A DNA stretch of 64,000 bases from Neoechinorhynchus agilis (lineage: Eukaryota; Animalia; Acanthocephala), in NCBI GenBank assembly GCA_051530055.1, contig CM121341.1:14796784-14860783 (forward strand), given 5' to 3'. The position numbers and the translations under genes are program-made. The notes under the pieces were generated by a model. The model did no database searches. It was not told the origin of the DNA and saw only the letters and a program-made list of their open reading frames with translations. Below are positions 62,901 through 64,000 of the stretch, in pieces; within the stretch, counting starts at the first letter, position 1, and each line of letters begins with the position of its first letter.

Positions 62901-64000
62901 CTCTTCAGTTTGAAGAACTAGCAAAAAATGCGGAAGTCGAAGAAAACTTCATTTAGCTCTCATGGGCAACGCCGGGTAAAACAACCAATTATTCTCCATA
63001 GAAATGGATGACCAAAAAGCGCTGCACGTGCAATATTCCAATACTCGTGATTATCGATCTTCAGGTGAATAATGCAAATACCAAGTCGAGGTAAATTTCG
63101 AGTTGCCGTTAAAATGATTTGAGGGATTCTAATTTGGTCTTCTTTTCTAAATTCATGATTGTAAAGTTCACACAGAATTTTTAGTATAAGTCACGACCAT
63201 TACAGGGAACAAAAACTGACTCAATTGAATTTCACATAGAAGTTTCCAATACAAGTGAGATGAATTTCTCTTTAGGAGATATATCTGAATAAACGCAAAA
63301 CAATCAGTAAATACTGTACTAGAACACTTGAGGATAAAATAGGCGGTGATCTGTATCTTTTTAATTTATTTATCCTTACAGTCAGGCATACGCATGGTTA
63401 TGTTTTTCAGATTGAGTTGATTGGTCTTACGACATCTTCTTTTTGGCCTCTCGGCTATATTCCTATGAGGGCCTTTCGGCTAACTCACACACATCGGAGG
63501 CGCTTAGCCGCATTCGATGGGAACGGGCCAACCCACTTTCTTTGGCCCCTCTGTATCTTGTGCGTATAAAAAGTACAGTTTTCAGCTATAATGTTCAAAA
63601 CAAAATTCAATTCGAGTTCGAACCAAGTGACGCAGAATCTAATTCTAGCCCGACTGCTCTAATATCCGCTCGAATGAAAATGGAAAATATATTTTACAGC
63701 TAAGGTTACAGTATAACACAATAACCCACGAAATCACACAGATACCCACGAAGACTTAAACAAAAACACAAAATTGAAGAGTAAAGGGGAATATGCTTCG
63801 AGGAAAGTCAAAAGAGTGGGATTTTATAGAGAGGGAAAATTCGGAAATAATTTCTTCGAAATTAAAGCGAAGAATTCGTAGAAATGCAAAGAAAAACTGA
63901 AATATTGATGAAAAAATTAAAATAAGAAAATGAACGGTAAAGTTAAATAGAGAAAAACGACTAATTGAGGTTTAGAAGGGGAAAAGACGAAGCGTAGTTA

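Noticed and set aside
1-64000. CRISPR arrays, rRNA, tRNA and prokaryotic operons
   Set aside because: None seen. The repeats are coding VNTRs, segmental duplications or TE copies, and the genes are spliceosomal.

Overview
Eukaryotic, AT-rich animal genomic DNA with very short introns (about 42-54 nt); no rRNA, tRNA or CRISPR array was recognised. Roughly half the window is decayed retrotransposon sequence: Penelope-like elements (PLEs) with hammerhead-ribozyme (HHR) tails, an AT-rich LINE family (CCHC gag + APE + RT), an L2/CR1-like family, five CRE-like restriction-endonuclease elements and one RTE. Host genes include two tandem secreted Thr/Ser/Glu mucin-like paralogues in a ~5.1-kb segmental repeat, SNAP-25, an RTPPP/TPEP Pro-Arg-rich gene, a MYND-finger gene, a PAR-like bZIP gene whose 3' end is duplicated as a ~0.9-kb inverted repeat, AKAP17A and several orphans. 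The most unusual signal is a three-copy repeat (43824-43894, 43933-43999, 55939-56005). It contains every hammerhead core element and all three helices, but its strands run in a non-cyclic order (stem II'-GAAA-stem III / stem I-CUGAUGA-stem II / stem III'-AUC-stem I'). That matches none of HHR types I-III and would fold as a pseudoknot or dimer. Element boundaries are approximate and all pairings were read by eye.
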